NCBI RefSeq assembly: GCF_963516515.1
Contig: NZ_CAUQCJ010000003.1
Span: 1,722 to 65,721 of the forward strand
Direction: 5' to 3'
DNA from: an uncultured Streptococcus sp.
Lineage (GTDB): Bacteria > Bacillota > Bacilli > Lactobacillales > Streptococcaceae
DNA length: 64,000 bases
The notes beneath the pieces were generated by a model. It ran no database searches and had not been told where the DNA came from. It saw nothing but the letters and a program-made list of their open reading frames with translations. The translations under genes and the position numbers were made by a program. Positions within the stretch are counted from its first letter, which is position 1, and every line of letters starts with the position of its first letter. Positions 41,254 to 50,508 of this stretch are shown in pieces.

Positions 41254-41580
41254 AATGATTGACCACAGTACGATTTTCCACAAATAGCTAGCCTTGTTTT
41301 ACTGGACAAGCTGACTATATTTCTAAAAAACTAAATATGATTACTCAAGTTGGGAATATTTTGTTATTTGATGTCCTTTCTTTGAATAGAATACTGAGCT
41401 TGGAAAAGGAGAATTAAAGCTGTGGAAATGGATGCGGTAGCTCAACACCACGTTGATGCTTATGCAATCATGATCCTTTTTGATAGTCTAGTCAATTCAG
41501 GTAAAGATTGAACTGCAGGAGAACGTTAAAATACCCTCACGGATATGATGAAGGTTGGTTTGGAAACCTTGATTGTAGAA
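41254..41580 (+). pseudogene. deoD: Decayed 3' half of purine nucleoside phosphorylase deoD
   Basis: Hand translation gives ND*PQYDFPQIASLVLLDK / KKLNMITQVGNIL / KAVEMDAVAQHHVDAYAIMILFDSLVN / TAGER*NTLTDMMKVGLETLIVE, matching the recalled streptococcal DeoD C-terminal half with stops and frameshifts. Confidence 0.85.
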
Positions 41581-41646
41581 AAAAGGAAAAATAAGGTTAG
41601 GAAAATTTATTTTGAGGAGAAATTTTATAGATTTTTAAACAATAAG

Positions 41647-41690
41647 ACGCATAGTATCAAGCTTTTTCAAGACTTGATACTATGCTCTTT
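41647..41690 (+). terminator. Terminator-like hairpin (SPRITE-like streptococcal repeat)
   Basis: GCATAGTATCAAG...CTTGATACTATGC followed by a T-rich tract; family assignment from memory. Confidence 0.55.
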
Positions 41691-41699
41691 TCTTATTTT

Positions 41700-41812
41700 A
41701 TACTCAATGAAAATTAAAGAGCAAACTAGGAAGCTAGCCGTAGGTTGCTCAAAACACTGTTTTGAGGTTGCAGATAGAGCTGACGTGGTTTGAAGAGATT
41801 TTCGAAGAGTAT
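41700..41812 (+). repeat. BOX element
   Basis: ATACTCAATGAAAATTAAAGAGC...TTTTCGAAGAGTAT. Confidence 0.92.
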
Positions 41813-42295
41813 TAAAGACTTTTTGCCCAACCTCCACATAAACCACCCGTTAGACGAGTTTTTAAGATTTGATATCAAGTGTGAAATGAAGTTGTTGCTC
41901 AGCAAATGGAAAATAGCAATAACTTTCACCCTACAATAATTGTGAAGTGGACTTTGTCTATCTCTGAGTCTAGAAATTGAAATTTGTAATAAAAATGTTA
42001 TATTTCACAAAGAACTCCCAATATTTCATGGGGGGGGTAAATATGCGTATAAAGAGAAAAAATACTCAATAAAATAAATAGTTATTATTTTTGTGTATTT
42101 AATTTTGTGATGAATTTATTATTAGTGGTTATTCTTACTTTTGGTATGAAAGGAAACCGTGGATATCTATTGATTTTTATTTAGAAAGTATTAAAATAGT
42201 AAGATAGGCGGTAATATACACATTTGCTTAATGTTTAGTATATGTTTATTATTGTTTGATAAAAGAACTTGAAAAAATAATGAGGGAGAATAGAA

Positions 42296-45200
42296 GTGAA
42301 ATTCGAAAAACGTCAAAAGTTTGCCATTAGAAAATTCAGTGTCGGTGTGGCATCTGTTTTGATTGGGCAATTTTTTATTGGTGCTGTAGCCAATGCGCCA
42401 GTCGTACGCGCCAGTGAAGTGATTGGTGTCCATGCGGAAAAGCAAAAGGACCCAGATGCTGAAGTAGCTCAACCCAAGGTAGAAGCAACTACTGTAGACA
42501 CTGATAAAAATCAAGTTGTTCCTAGGCCTGAGTCAGATCCATCGGCAGAAAAACCAGTTGTAACTCAACCGTCAGTTGAAGCAAGCATTTCAAATTCAGA
42601 AAAAGCAGTTTCTACAGAAAAGGATCCAAAAGCCCAGCCAGACATGCTACCAAAAGAAGTGGCAAAGACTGTTCATAAAGAAGCCGACAGAAAACCACTA
42701 GTAGAGGCTCCTTTGACGAAACTGGAGGAAAAGGAAGAAGTTACAAATCCTGACAAGGACCAGTTGGGAACAACAATCACAGAGGCAGAGGTAGTAACGA
42801 AGGAAGCTGAAAAATACCTGAGCGGTTTAACAGACTCCAATCAAAAAGTTGCCATCGAAGAAGCCTTGCATCGCTCCAACCAACTTCTAACAGAGGCCAG
42901 AACTTCCCTCAAGTCAATAGCTGCTTCAAATGCAGCCTTTGAAACAGCTCGGACCAATCTAGCAGAAGCTATCGAGGCAGTCTGGAATCAACTCAAGAAA
43001 ATGGGGCATTCAGGCAACCTTAGTTATATGTTGGATGCAGGGACGACGAGTCAACCAGCTGTTCTAATCCCAACTGGGTCAACGACGATTTACTCCTACG
43101 GAGCAACAACTGCACCTAAAGTCGAGTTTGATATTTCTACCGATCTTGCACCATATAGAGGCGATTGGGGAAGTTCCAATTATAATCAATATTATAGTGT
43201 AAAAGAAAATTTAAATTTAAATGAAGATGCTCAAAAATTAGGTTTAAATATTATAGATAAATGGACTACGAATCCTTCAGGAAATGGAGATTACATTCTC
43301 GCCCTATCTGGAAATGTTCCAACTACGGTAGAGCCTGGGACTTACAATGTCGGCTTCACATATAACAACCAAGCCTATACGACAACAGTTACAGTCAAAC
43401 CTGCTGAAGGTGTTCCATATATGAACTATCCGTATATGACTTTGGAGCGGTATTTTGGAGCAGAAACAGGTCGTAATATTCCTGACTACAAATTTAAAAA
43501 AGATGGCTCTACAGTAGAATTGAAGTATAAGGTGGGCTTGACGAATATAGAGCCCAATGAAGTTGAACTAACCCCCGATGCGAAACGGTTAGGATTTGTA
43601 TTTAATGACGGTGGTAAAGATAATCGGTATCTGACCAAGACTGTCACCTTGGATAATACGCTTCAAAGTGGAACCTATACAATCGGAGTTCAGTCAAAAG
43701 CAGATCCCTATACTAGAATTACGGCTGAACTAACGATAGAAGAACCGCCGTTGTATAAAGTAGTAGAGGATTATTCTTCTTTCTTTTATTATTATGATTC
43801 TAATTCTCCTGGTTACAAGCAATTTAAAGCTGGAAACAATCGAATGGGAGACTCTGTTTCATATAATGAAGCTTCTTCCACAGCTTACATGACGTCTACT
43901 CCTTTTGGTTATTACTTACATGATAGAAGTCCTAAAACGATAGCGGATGCGACTCCAGATAGTCCTCAGTATACGTCTAACCTATGGTTGTCATTACCAG
44001 GGAGTAAAAATGAATATAATCTAGTAGGAAATAATGCTCCCGTTACCATTACTAAGTTCGAACAGACAGGAGGTAGTCCTGGGGTTACAGTAGAGTTTAT
44101 AATGGATAAAGCTCCTACCGCTGATAATGTTTTTGTTAATAGTAGCGCTTGGCCAAGTGATGTTTTGACGGGAAATAAACAAGTTAGTTCTTCTGCTAGT
44201 GCTGAGTATGCTGACTCATCAAGGGATAATGTATCTCCCTATCGTATTAATTTTAAGACATTACCAGAAAAAGCAGGGACGTATTTTGTAGAATTTAATG
44301 TTACGGATAATATTGGACGGGTGACAAAGCATCATTTGAATTTAGTGACTAGAGAGGTTTCTCAAACGACACCAAATGTGAGTTCGGGCGAAAATGGTAA
44401 CTATACTTTAACCAATGCTGATGTTATGTTTGATGCGGACAAGCTGTATCGAGTAACGAATCCAATACCAGTAGCTGTTCCTATCTCGGATAAGGAACAG
44501 AATCTAGGAAACTTGGTATTGAATAAAGCGAATGCGACTTTAACGATTGATAGTAAACCGGATGGGGTTGAGATTACAAAAGACACTGAGAATCCTACTA
44601 GATTTAAGATTATCAAACAAAATGGTAAGACCTTAGCTGCAGGTGTCTATACGATTACATCTACAGCAAAGGATGGACACTTTGGAGCCAATGTCCCAGC
44701 TCGTACCTATAAGTTCGAGGTAATGGATGGGTTAAATCCTATTTCCAATCAAAGCTGGCAAGAAGGACAAACTATCCCAACTATTCCTGTTTCGATGACA
44801 AATGGTAGTAAGATTACGAATCTATCAGTCGAATCTGATGGAGGACATCTCTACCTAAGTCCTAATGCTGATAATACAGGTCTAACAGGTTATGCTTTAA
44901 AACATACAGATGCACCACAAACAGCGATTGTAACCGCTACTTATATCAATAATGAAGGTCAAAGTCGTCAGATTAAGACAAGCTTTACTTATACGGTTAC
45001 CCCTCCACCAGTTTCTGATTTAACTTTATCTGTAACGAATGATAAGCAAACAGTTTCAGAAGGAACTAAATTTGCAGATATGCTTGTAACAGCAACTGAA
45101 GGGGCTACAGTTACAGTAGGAACACTGCCAGATGGTGTTATGTATGATAGCAATAGCAAAACATTATCAGGCACTGGATTATATGAAGGACATTATGTGA

Positions 45201-48200
45201 TTCCAGTTACTGCTACTAAAGATAATAAGTCGATTACAAAATTAGTCGATCTTACAGTTACACCAGGTAACTTTAATGTTCCAACAGCTAATTACACGTT
45301 TACAGCAGGTGAATCAATACCACCGATTACTCTTAAAATTCCTAAAAATGCGACAGTAAGTTACACAGGGGGCAGTTTACCAAATGGTCTAAATTGGTCT
45401 GCGGATAATAAAACTATAACAGGAACACCGACTCAAGTAGGGACCTTCCAAACATATGCTTATGTATACAGAACTGACAAATCGGGAAATAACCAATATG
45501 CCTATGCGTATGTAAATATTACAGTAAACAGTGTTCCTCTAAACTTTTCTATTCCTGATAATACAAAAACAGTAAAAGCTTTAGATGAACTTCCTCCTAT
45601 TCAGTTACAAGCTGATGGAGCTTTGTTAACAATCACTTCTGGAGAACTTCCTCCAGGGGTAAACTATGATGCTGCGACGAAAACTGTTTCAGGAACGCCT
45701 ACAAAAGTCGGAACGTATACAGCAACATTCACAGCGACAAGTCCGACAATTAGTGGGAATTCAACCGCAAGTGCAACCTTAACGATTAATGTAACATCAC
45801 GTGATTTAACTGTAACGGTTGATAATAAGGAACAAGAGAAGACTGTTCTAACTGCTATAGACAATGTAGTTTTAACTCCTTCAGATGCTAAAGCTAGATT
45901 AGAGGTTGATACAAGTCAACTTCCACCGGGAGTTACCTATGATTCAGCTACAAGGACTATTTCTGGCACACCATCTAAAGTGGGAGAATATTTAATTCCA
46001 TATAAAGCTACTTTCCCAGAAATGGCAGAATCTCCAGTTGATGGAGGGCATATTAAAATTAATGTTCGCCCACTTCCGGTAAGTATTAATGTTACAGAAA
46101 AAGAACAAACGATTCGTCTGGGTGAAACGATTAAAAATATGGTGGTTTCTCACAGTGAACATTCAGATTTAGGTGCTCGTTATTTAAGTGTGGATTTACC
46201 GGAAACAGACTTAGATTCTTATCTTGAATCAACTGCAGGTTTAAATTATAATGCTGCAACGCATACAATTAGTGGAACTCCAACCAAGCCTGGTGTTTAT
46301 AAAGTTCGTTTAAAAGCAACATTGGATTCTGAAACATTAGGTAGAGGTAGTGCGGAAGAGATTATCACTGTAAAGGTAGTAGATGATCCAATATCATTAG
46401 ACATTAAAAATGATCGTCAAATGATTGCCTTAGGAAAAACAAGCCTTCGTCCAATTACGTTCACAGTTCCAGATGGAGTTACACTTACTGTTGATACAAC
46501 AAAACTTCCAAATGGTGTAACATATGATGAATCTGCTAAAACCATCTCTGGAACACCGACAGTAGCTGGAGCATTTGATATTCCAGTAACGGTGACAAAT
46601 GCAGGTAAAACTAAATCAATTACCAAAGACATCACTATAGATGTTATAGACTTAACGCCGGCTACACCAACTGTAACTGTGGCAGAAAACAATGATGGAA
46701 CGCATACAATTACGATTTCACAACCAGGTGGACAACCAGTATCAACCGTTATTAAGAATGGTAAAGATGGTGAGACTCCAAAAGTGAAAGTAGACCGTGA
46801 TGAGACTAAAAAAGAAACGACATTAACGTTCTATAGTGACAAGAATGCCAATAATCAGTTTGATGAAGGAACAGATACAGTTCTAGGAACATCTGTGATT
46901 AAAGATGGTCAAGACGGAGTCGATGGAGCTAAAGGTGACAAAGGTGAAACTGGAGCAACCGGACCGAAAGGTGACAAAGGTGAAACTGGAGCAGCTGGAC
47001 CGAAAGGCGATAAAGGTGAAACTGGAGTAGCCGGCCGCGACGGAAAAGACGGCTTTACACCAGAAGTAAGTGTAGTGACAAATCCAGATGGAAGTCATAC
47101 AATTTCAATTACTCAACCAGATGGTAAAGAACCAATTGCAACAACGGTTAAAAATGGAGAAAACGGAAAAGATGGACGTTCTCCAAGAATTGAATTAAAA
47201 CCAATTTATCCTGCACAACCTCGAAGCACTAGAAGAGCAAGAAGTGTGGATGAAGACCGTGCAACTACTCAACCAGCAACGAAGCCAATTGGCGTTCATA
47301 TTACAGTTTATTACGATAATGATAATAGTTTGACCTATACTGCTGGAGATACTTTGATTAGTGAGGAAGATATCTATAACGGAGTAGATGGTCGTGACGG
47401 TCGTGATGGTATTGATGGTAAATCAGCGATAATTGAAACAAAAGAAAACTCTGATGGAAGCCATACAATTATTATTACCAACCCAGATGGATCAAAACGT
47501 GAGATTGTAGTGAAAAATGGCCAAGACGGTAAATCTCCTACAATTGAAACGAAAGAGAATGTAGATGGAAGTCATACAATTATCATCACAAATCCAGATG
47601 GAACAAAACAAGAAATCGTTGTGAAGAATGGTAAGGACGGTAAAGATGGTAAAGATGGTAAAGATGGACGTGATGGTAAGGATGGAACATGTAATTGTGC
47701 TGTGAATCCAACCCCTGTACAACCAGGAAATACTGGAACAACACCACCAGAACAACCGAAACCAGAATCAGGAAGAATTACACCACCATCAGACAAGCTG
47801 GTTAAACCGGAATCGAAACCGGTTCCGAAACCAGAAACAAATAAACCAAACACTCCGGGTTCAGGTACTCCAAAGACCGGAACACCAGACACTCCAGGAG
47901 CAGGTACTTCAAATACAGGAACGCCAGAAACCGGCAAACCAAACACTTCAGGGGAAGGTACTCCAAATACAGGGAAGCCAGAAACAGGCATCCCAAGTAC
48001 AAATAATCAAACTGTACTTGATTCACATACTTCTGACACTGTAGAGATTCCAAACGCAGTTCCAGTAACATCTGAAACAAATACTCAAATCCCAGATTAT
48101 GTAACTTCTGGAATGACGAATCATACAAGAGTGGCCTTACCGAATACTGGAAGCCAAACAGATGTCATTTCAATTCTTTTAGGAAGTGGAATTTTGCTTA

Positions 48201-48232
48201 CACTTTATGTAGCCAAAAGAAAAGAAGACTAG
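42296..48232 (+). CDS. Large sortase-anchored surface protein: YSIRK-type signal, six putative Ig (He_PIG-like) repeats, collagen-like and collagen-flanking repeats, P/T/G-rich stalk, LPNTG anchor
   Basis: KFAIRKFSVGVASVLIG; repeated LPxGVxYDxxTxTISGTP; (GDKGETGAxGPK)n; LPNTG at 48137-48151, then TM and KRKED. Confidence 0.9.
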   Translation: MKFEKRQKFAIRKFSVGVASVLIGQFFIGAVANAPVVRASEVIGVHAEKQKDPDAEVAQPKVEATTVDTDKNQVVPRPESDPSAEKPVVTQPSVEASISNSEKAVSTEKDPKAQPDMLPKEVAKTVHKEADRKPLVEAPLTKLEEKEEVTNPDKDQLGTTITEAEVVTKEAEKYLSGLTDSNQKVAIEEALHRSNQLLTEARTSLKSIAASNAAFETARTNLAEAIEAVWNQLKKMGHSGNLSYMLDAGTTSQPAVLIPTGSTTIYSYGATTAPKVEFDISTDLAPYRGDWGSSNYNQYYSVKENLNLNEDAQKLGLNIIDKWTTNPSGNGDYILALSGNVPTTVEPGTYNVGFTYNNQAYTTTVTVKPAEGVPYMNYPYMTLERYFGAETGRNIPDYKFKKDGSTVELKYKVGLTNIEPNEVELTPDAKRLGFVFNDGGKDNRYLTKTVTLDNTLQSGTYTIGVQSKADPYTRITAELTIEEPPLYKVVEDYSSFFYYYDSNSPGYKQFKAGNNRMGDSVSYNEASSTAYMTSTPFGYYLHDRSPKTIADATPDSPQYTSNLWLSLPGSKNEYNLVGNNAPVTITKFEQTGGSPGVTVEFIMDKAPTADNVFVNSSAWPSDVLTGNKQVSSSASAEYADSSRDNVSPYRINFKTLPEKAGTYFVEFNVTDNIGRVTKHHLNLVTREVSQTTPNVSSGENGNYTLTNADVMFDADKLYRVTNPIPVAVPISDKEQNLGNLVLNKANATLTIDSKPDGVEITKDTENPTRFKIIKQNGKTLAAGVYTITSTAKDGHFGANVPARTYKFEVMDGLNPISNQSWQEGQTIPTIPVSMTNGSKITNLSVESDGGHLYLSPNADNTGLTGYALKHTDAPQTAIVTATYINNEGQSRQIKTSFTYTVTPPPVSDLTLSVTNDKQTVSEGTKFADMLVTATEGATVTVGTLPDGVMYDSNSKTLSGTGLYEGHYVIPVTATKDNKSITKLVDLTVTPGNFNVPTANYTFTAGESIPPITLKIPKNATVSYTGGSLPNGLNWSADNKTITGTPTQVGTFQTYAYVYRTDKSGNNQYAYAYVNITVNSVPLNFSIPDNTKTVKALDELPPIQLQADGALLTITSGELPPGVNYDAATKTVSGTPTKVGTYTATFTATSPTISGNSTASATLTINVTSRDLTVTVDNKEQEKTVLTAIDNVVLTPSDAKARLEVDTSQLPPGVTYDSATRTISGTPSKVGEYLIPYKATFPEMAESPVDGGHIKINVRPLPVSINVTEKEQTIRLGETIKNMVVSHSEHSDLGARYLSVDLPETDLDSYLESTAGLNYNAATHTISGTPTKPGVYKVRLKATLDSETLGRGSAEEIITVKVVDDPISLDIKNDRQMIALGKTSLRPITFTVPDGVTLTVDTTKLPNGVTYDESAKTISGTPTVAGAFDIPVTVTNAGKTKSITKDITIDVIDLTPATPTVTVAENNDGTHTITISQPGGQPVSTVIKNGKDGETPKVKVDRDETKKETTLTFYSDKNANNQFDEGTDTVLGTSVIKDGQDGVDGAKGDKGETGATGPKGDKGETGAAGPKGDKGETGVAGRDGKDGFTPEVSVVTNPDGSHTISITQPDGKEPIATTVKNGENGKDGRSPRIELKPIYPAQPRSTRRARSVDEDRATTQPATKPIGVHITVYYDNDNSLTYTAGDTLISEEDIYNGVDGRDGRDGIDGKSAIIETKENSDGSHTIIITNPDGSKREIVVKNGQDGKSPTIETKENVDGSHTIIITNPDGTKQEIVVKNGKDGKDGKDGKDGRDGKDGTCNCAVNPTPVQPGNTGTTPPEQPKPESGRITPPSDKLVKPESKPVPKPETNKPNTPGSGTPKTGTPDTPGAGTSNTGTPETGKPNTSGEGTPNTGKPETGIPSTNNQTVLDSHTSDTVEIPNAVPVTSETNTQIPDYVTSGMTNHTRVALPNTGSQTDVISILLGSGILLTLYVAKRKED
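46931..47038 (+). repeat. Three tandem 36-bp units encoding collagen-like KGDKGETGxxGP
   Basis: Units start at 46931, 46967, 47003. Confidence 0.85.
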
Positions 48233-48452
48233 AAGATAAATTTTTCGCTCTTAGTTTATCAAAAGTGGGAATAGAGTATAGAAGGTGCAAATCCCTCAGA
48301 TTCTTACTTGCTTTTAATGATTTAAGATAGTTAATTATGGTTACCAGACTGTAGGTGTTCCATAATAAGAATATTGCTATGAGAGCTAACCCTCCGATAT
48401 GCTAGATGAAAGTAGTGTATCGGAGGATATTTTTAGCTTCTCCTTGCTATAC

Positions 48453-48492
48453 GCCTAGCTGCCTTGTTTGCTCTTTGATTTTTATTGAGTAT
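48453..48492 (-). repeat. Truncated BOX (boxA only) remnant
   Basis: GCCTAGCTGCCTTGTTTGCTCTTTGATTTTTATTGAGTAT aligns to the end of the BOX at 38352-38464. Confidence 0.75.
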
Positions 48493-48675
48493 AAATTTTT
48501 CACGAGATGATGATGTGAGAAGTTTGCTATAAGTAAAAGCTTTTAGAACTCTGTTATCTAAAGTCTAAAAGATTAGAATTGTCAAAACAATCTGTCTAGG
48601 CTTGATTTTATCCCTTATTTACTATAAAATGAGAAGGAAAAACGTCAAACTTTTATATTGCAAATAGGAGAAAAC

Positions 48676-49962
48676 ATGACAAAAACATTAAAACGTCCTG
48701 AGGTTTTATCACCTGCAGGGACTTTAGAGAAGCTAAAAGTAGCTGTTCAGTATGGAGCAGATGCTGTCTTTATCGGTGGTCAGGCCTATGGTCTTCGTAG
48801 CCGTGCAGGTAACTTTACCTTTGAACAGATGGAAGAAGGAGTCCAGTTTGCGGCCAAGTATGGTGCTAAGGTTTATGTGGCTGCCAACATGGTTATGCAC
48901 GAAGGAAATGAAGCTGGTGCTGGTGAGTGGTTCCGTAAACTACGTGATATCGGCATTGCTGCAGTTATCGTGTCTGACCCAGCCTTGATTATGATTGCAG
49001 CGACTGAAGCGCCTGGTCTTGAAATCCACCTTTCCACTCAAGCAAGTGCCACTAACTATGAAACCCTTGAGTTCTGGAAAGAACTGGGCTTGACTCGTGT
49101 CGTTTTGGCGCGTGAGGTTTCAATGGAAGAATTGGCAGAAATCCGCAAACGTACAGATGTTGAGATTGAAGCCTTTGTCCATGGAGCTATGTGTATTTCA
49201 TACTCTGGTCGTTGTACTCTTTCAAACCACATGAGTATGCGTGATGCCAACCGTGGTGGTTGCTCTCAATCTTGCCGTTGGAAATACGACCTTTATGATA
49301 TGCCATTTGGTCAAGAACGCAAGAGCTTGAAAGGTGAAATTCCAGAAGAATTTTCGATGTCAGCCGTTGACATGTCTATGATTGACCATATCCCAGATAT
49401 GATTGAAAATGGTGTGGACAGTCTAAAAATCGAAGGACGTATGAAGTCTATTCACTATGTATCAACAGTAACCAACTGCTATAAGGCAGCTGTGGATGCT
49501 TATCTTGAAAGTCCTGAAAAGTTTGAAGCGATCAAACAAGACTTGGTGGACGAGATGTGGAAGGTTGCCCAACGTGAATTGGCTACAGGATTTTACTATG
49601 GTACACCATCTGAAAATGAACAGTTGTTTGGTGCTCGCCGTAAAATCCCTGAATACAAGTTTGTCGCTGAAGTGGTTTCTTATGATGGTGCGACACAAAC
49701 AGCAACCATTCGTCAACGGAATGTGATTAACGAAGGGGACCAAGTTGAGTTTTATGGCCCAGGTTTCCGTCACTTTGAAACGTATATCGAAGATTTACAT
49801 GATGCCAAAGGCAATAAAATCGACCGTGCTCCAAATCCAATGGAACTCTTGACAATCAAAGTCCCACAACCTGTTCAAGCAGGAGATATGGTTAGAGCTC
49901 TTAAAGAAGGACTCATCAATCTTTATAAGGAAGATGGCACCAGCGTCACAGTTCGTGCTTAA
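48676..49962 (+). CDS. U32 family peptidase-like protein (TrhP-like tRNA hydroxylation)
   Basis: PEVLSPAG, HGAMCISYSGRC, RGGCSQSCR, SLKIEGR; start placed at MTKTLK. Confidence 0.9.
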   Translation: MTKTLKRPEVLSPAGTLEKLKVAVQYGADAVFIGGQAYGLRSRAGNFTFEQMEEGVQFAAKYGAKVYVAANMVMHEGNEAGAGEWFRKLRDIGIAAVIVSDPALIMIAATEAPGLEIHLSTQASATNYETLEFWKELGLTRVVLAREVSMEELAEIRKRTDVEIEAFVHGAMCISYSGRCTLSNHMSMRDANRGGCSQSCRWKYDLYDMPFGQERKSLKGEIPEEFSMSAVDMSMIDHIPDMIENGVDSLKIEGRMKSIHYVSTVTNCYKAAVDAYLESPEKFEAIKQDLVDEMWKVAQRELATGFYYGTPSENEQLFGARRKIPEYKFVAEVVSYDGATQTATIRQRNVINEGDQVEFYGPGFRHFETYIEDLHDAKGNKIDRAPNPMELLTIKVPQPVQAGDMVRALKEGLINLYKEDGTSVTVRA

Positions 49963-50275
49963 TAAGCAAGCAGGATATGAAAGATTTCTAGTTGTTTCCC
50001 CTTTAATCTTGCTCACTAAAAGAAAAGAAGTTAAAGAAAATATATCAATTTCGTCCGAGATTTCATCTCGGATTTTTTCAATATTTTTCAGAAAGACCTA
50101 GATAATGGTCGGATTTATTACAAGTTTTTTCCAATTTTTTCTATATAATAAGCTCAAAAATAGTAAAATTGTAAATAATTTCCATTAAACGCTTTCAATG
50201 TTGGTAAAAAGTTGACAAATCCAATTTTTAGGACTAAACTAAGTAAGTAAATTTTAATTAAAAGGAGAATTCATC

Positions 50276-50476
50276 ATGAATTTAACATTTTTCGGTCTAT
50301 GTCTTGCCTGTATGGGTGTATCTCTTGGTGAAGGGTTATTGATGAATGGTTTGTTGAAATCAGTAGCTCGCCAACCAGATATTATCGCTGAGTTTCGTAG
50401 CTTGATGTTTTTAGGGGTTGCCTTTATTGAAGGAACTTTCTTCGTAACTCTTGTCTTCTCATTTATTATTAAATAA
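50276..50476 (+). CDS. atpE: F0F1 ATP synthase subunit c
   Basis: 66 aa, ARQP loop, proton-carrying E52. Confidence 0.96.
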   Translation: MNLTFFGLCLACMGVSLGEGLLMNGLLKSVARQPDIIAEFRSLMFLGVAFIEGTFFVTLVFSFIIK

Positions 50477-50508
50477 CGAAATATAAATTGGAGAAGGGAG
50501 AATGTTAG

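Noticed and set aside
41545..41793. 82-aa ORF in the track
   Set aside because: Chimera of the deoD remnant tail, a terminator hairpin and a BOX element
42191..42514. 107-aa minus-strand ORF at the adhesin start
   Set aside because: Antisense to the signal-peptide region of the large ORF; no independent support
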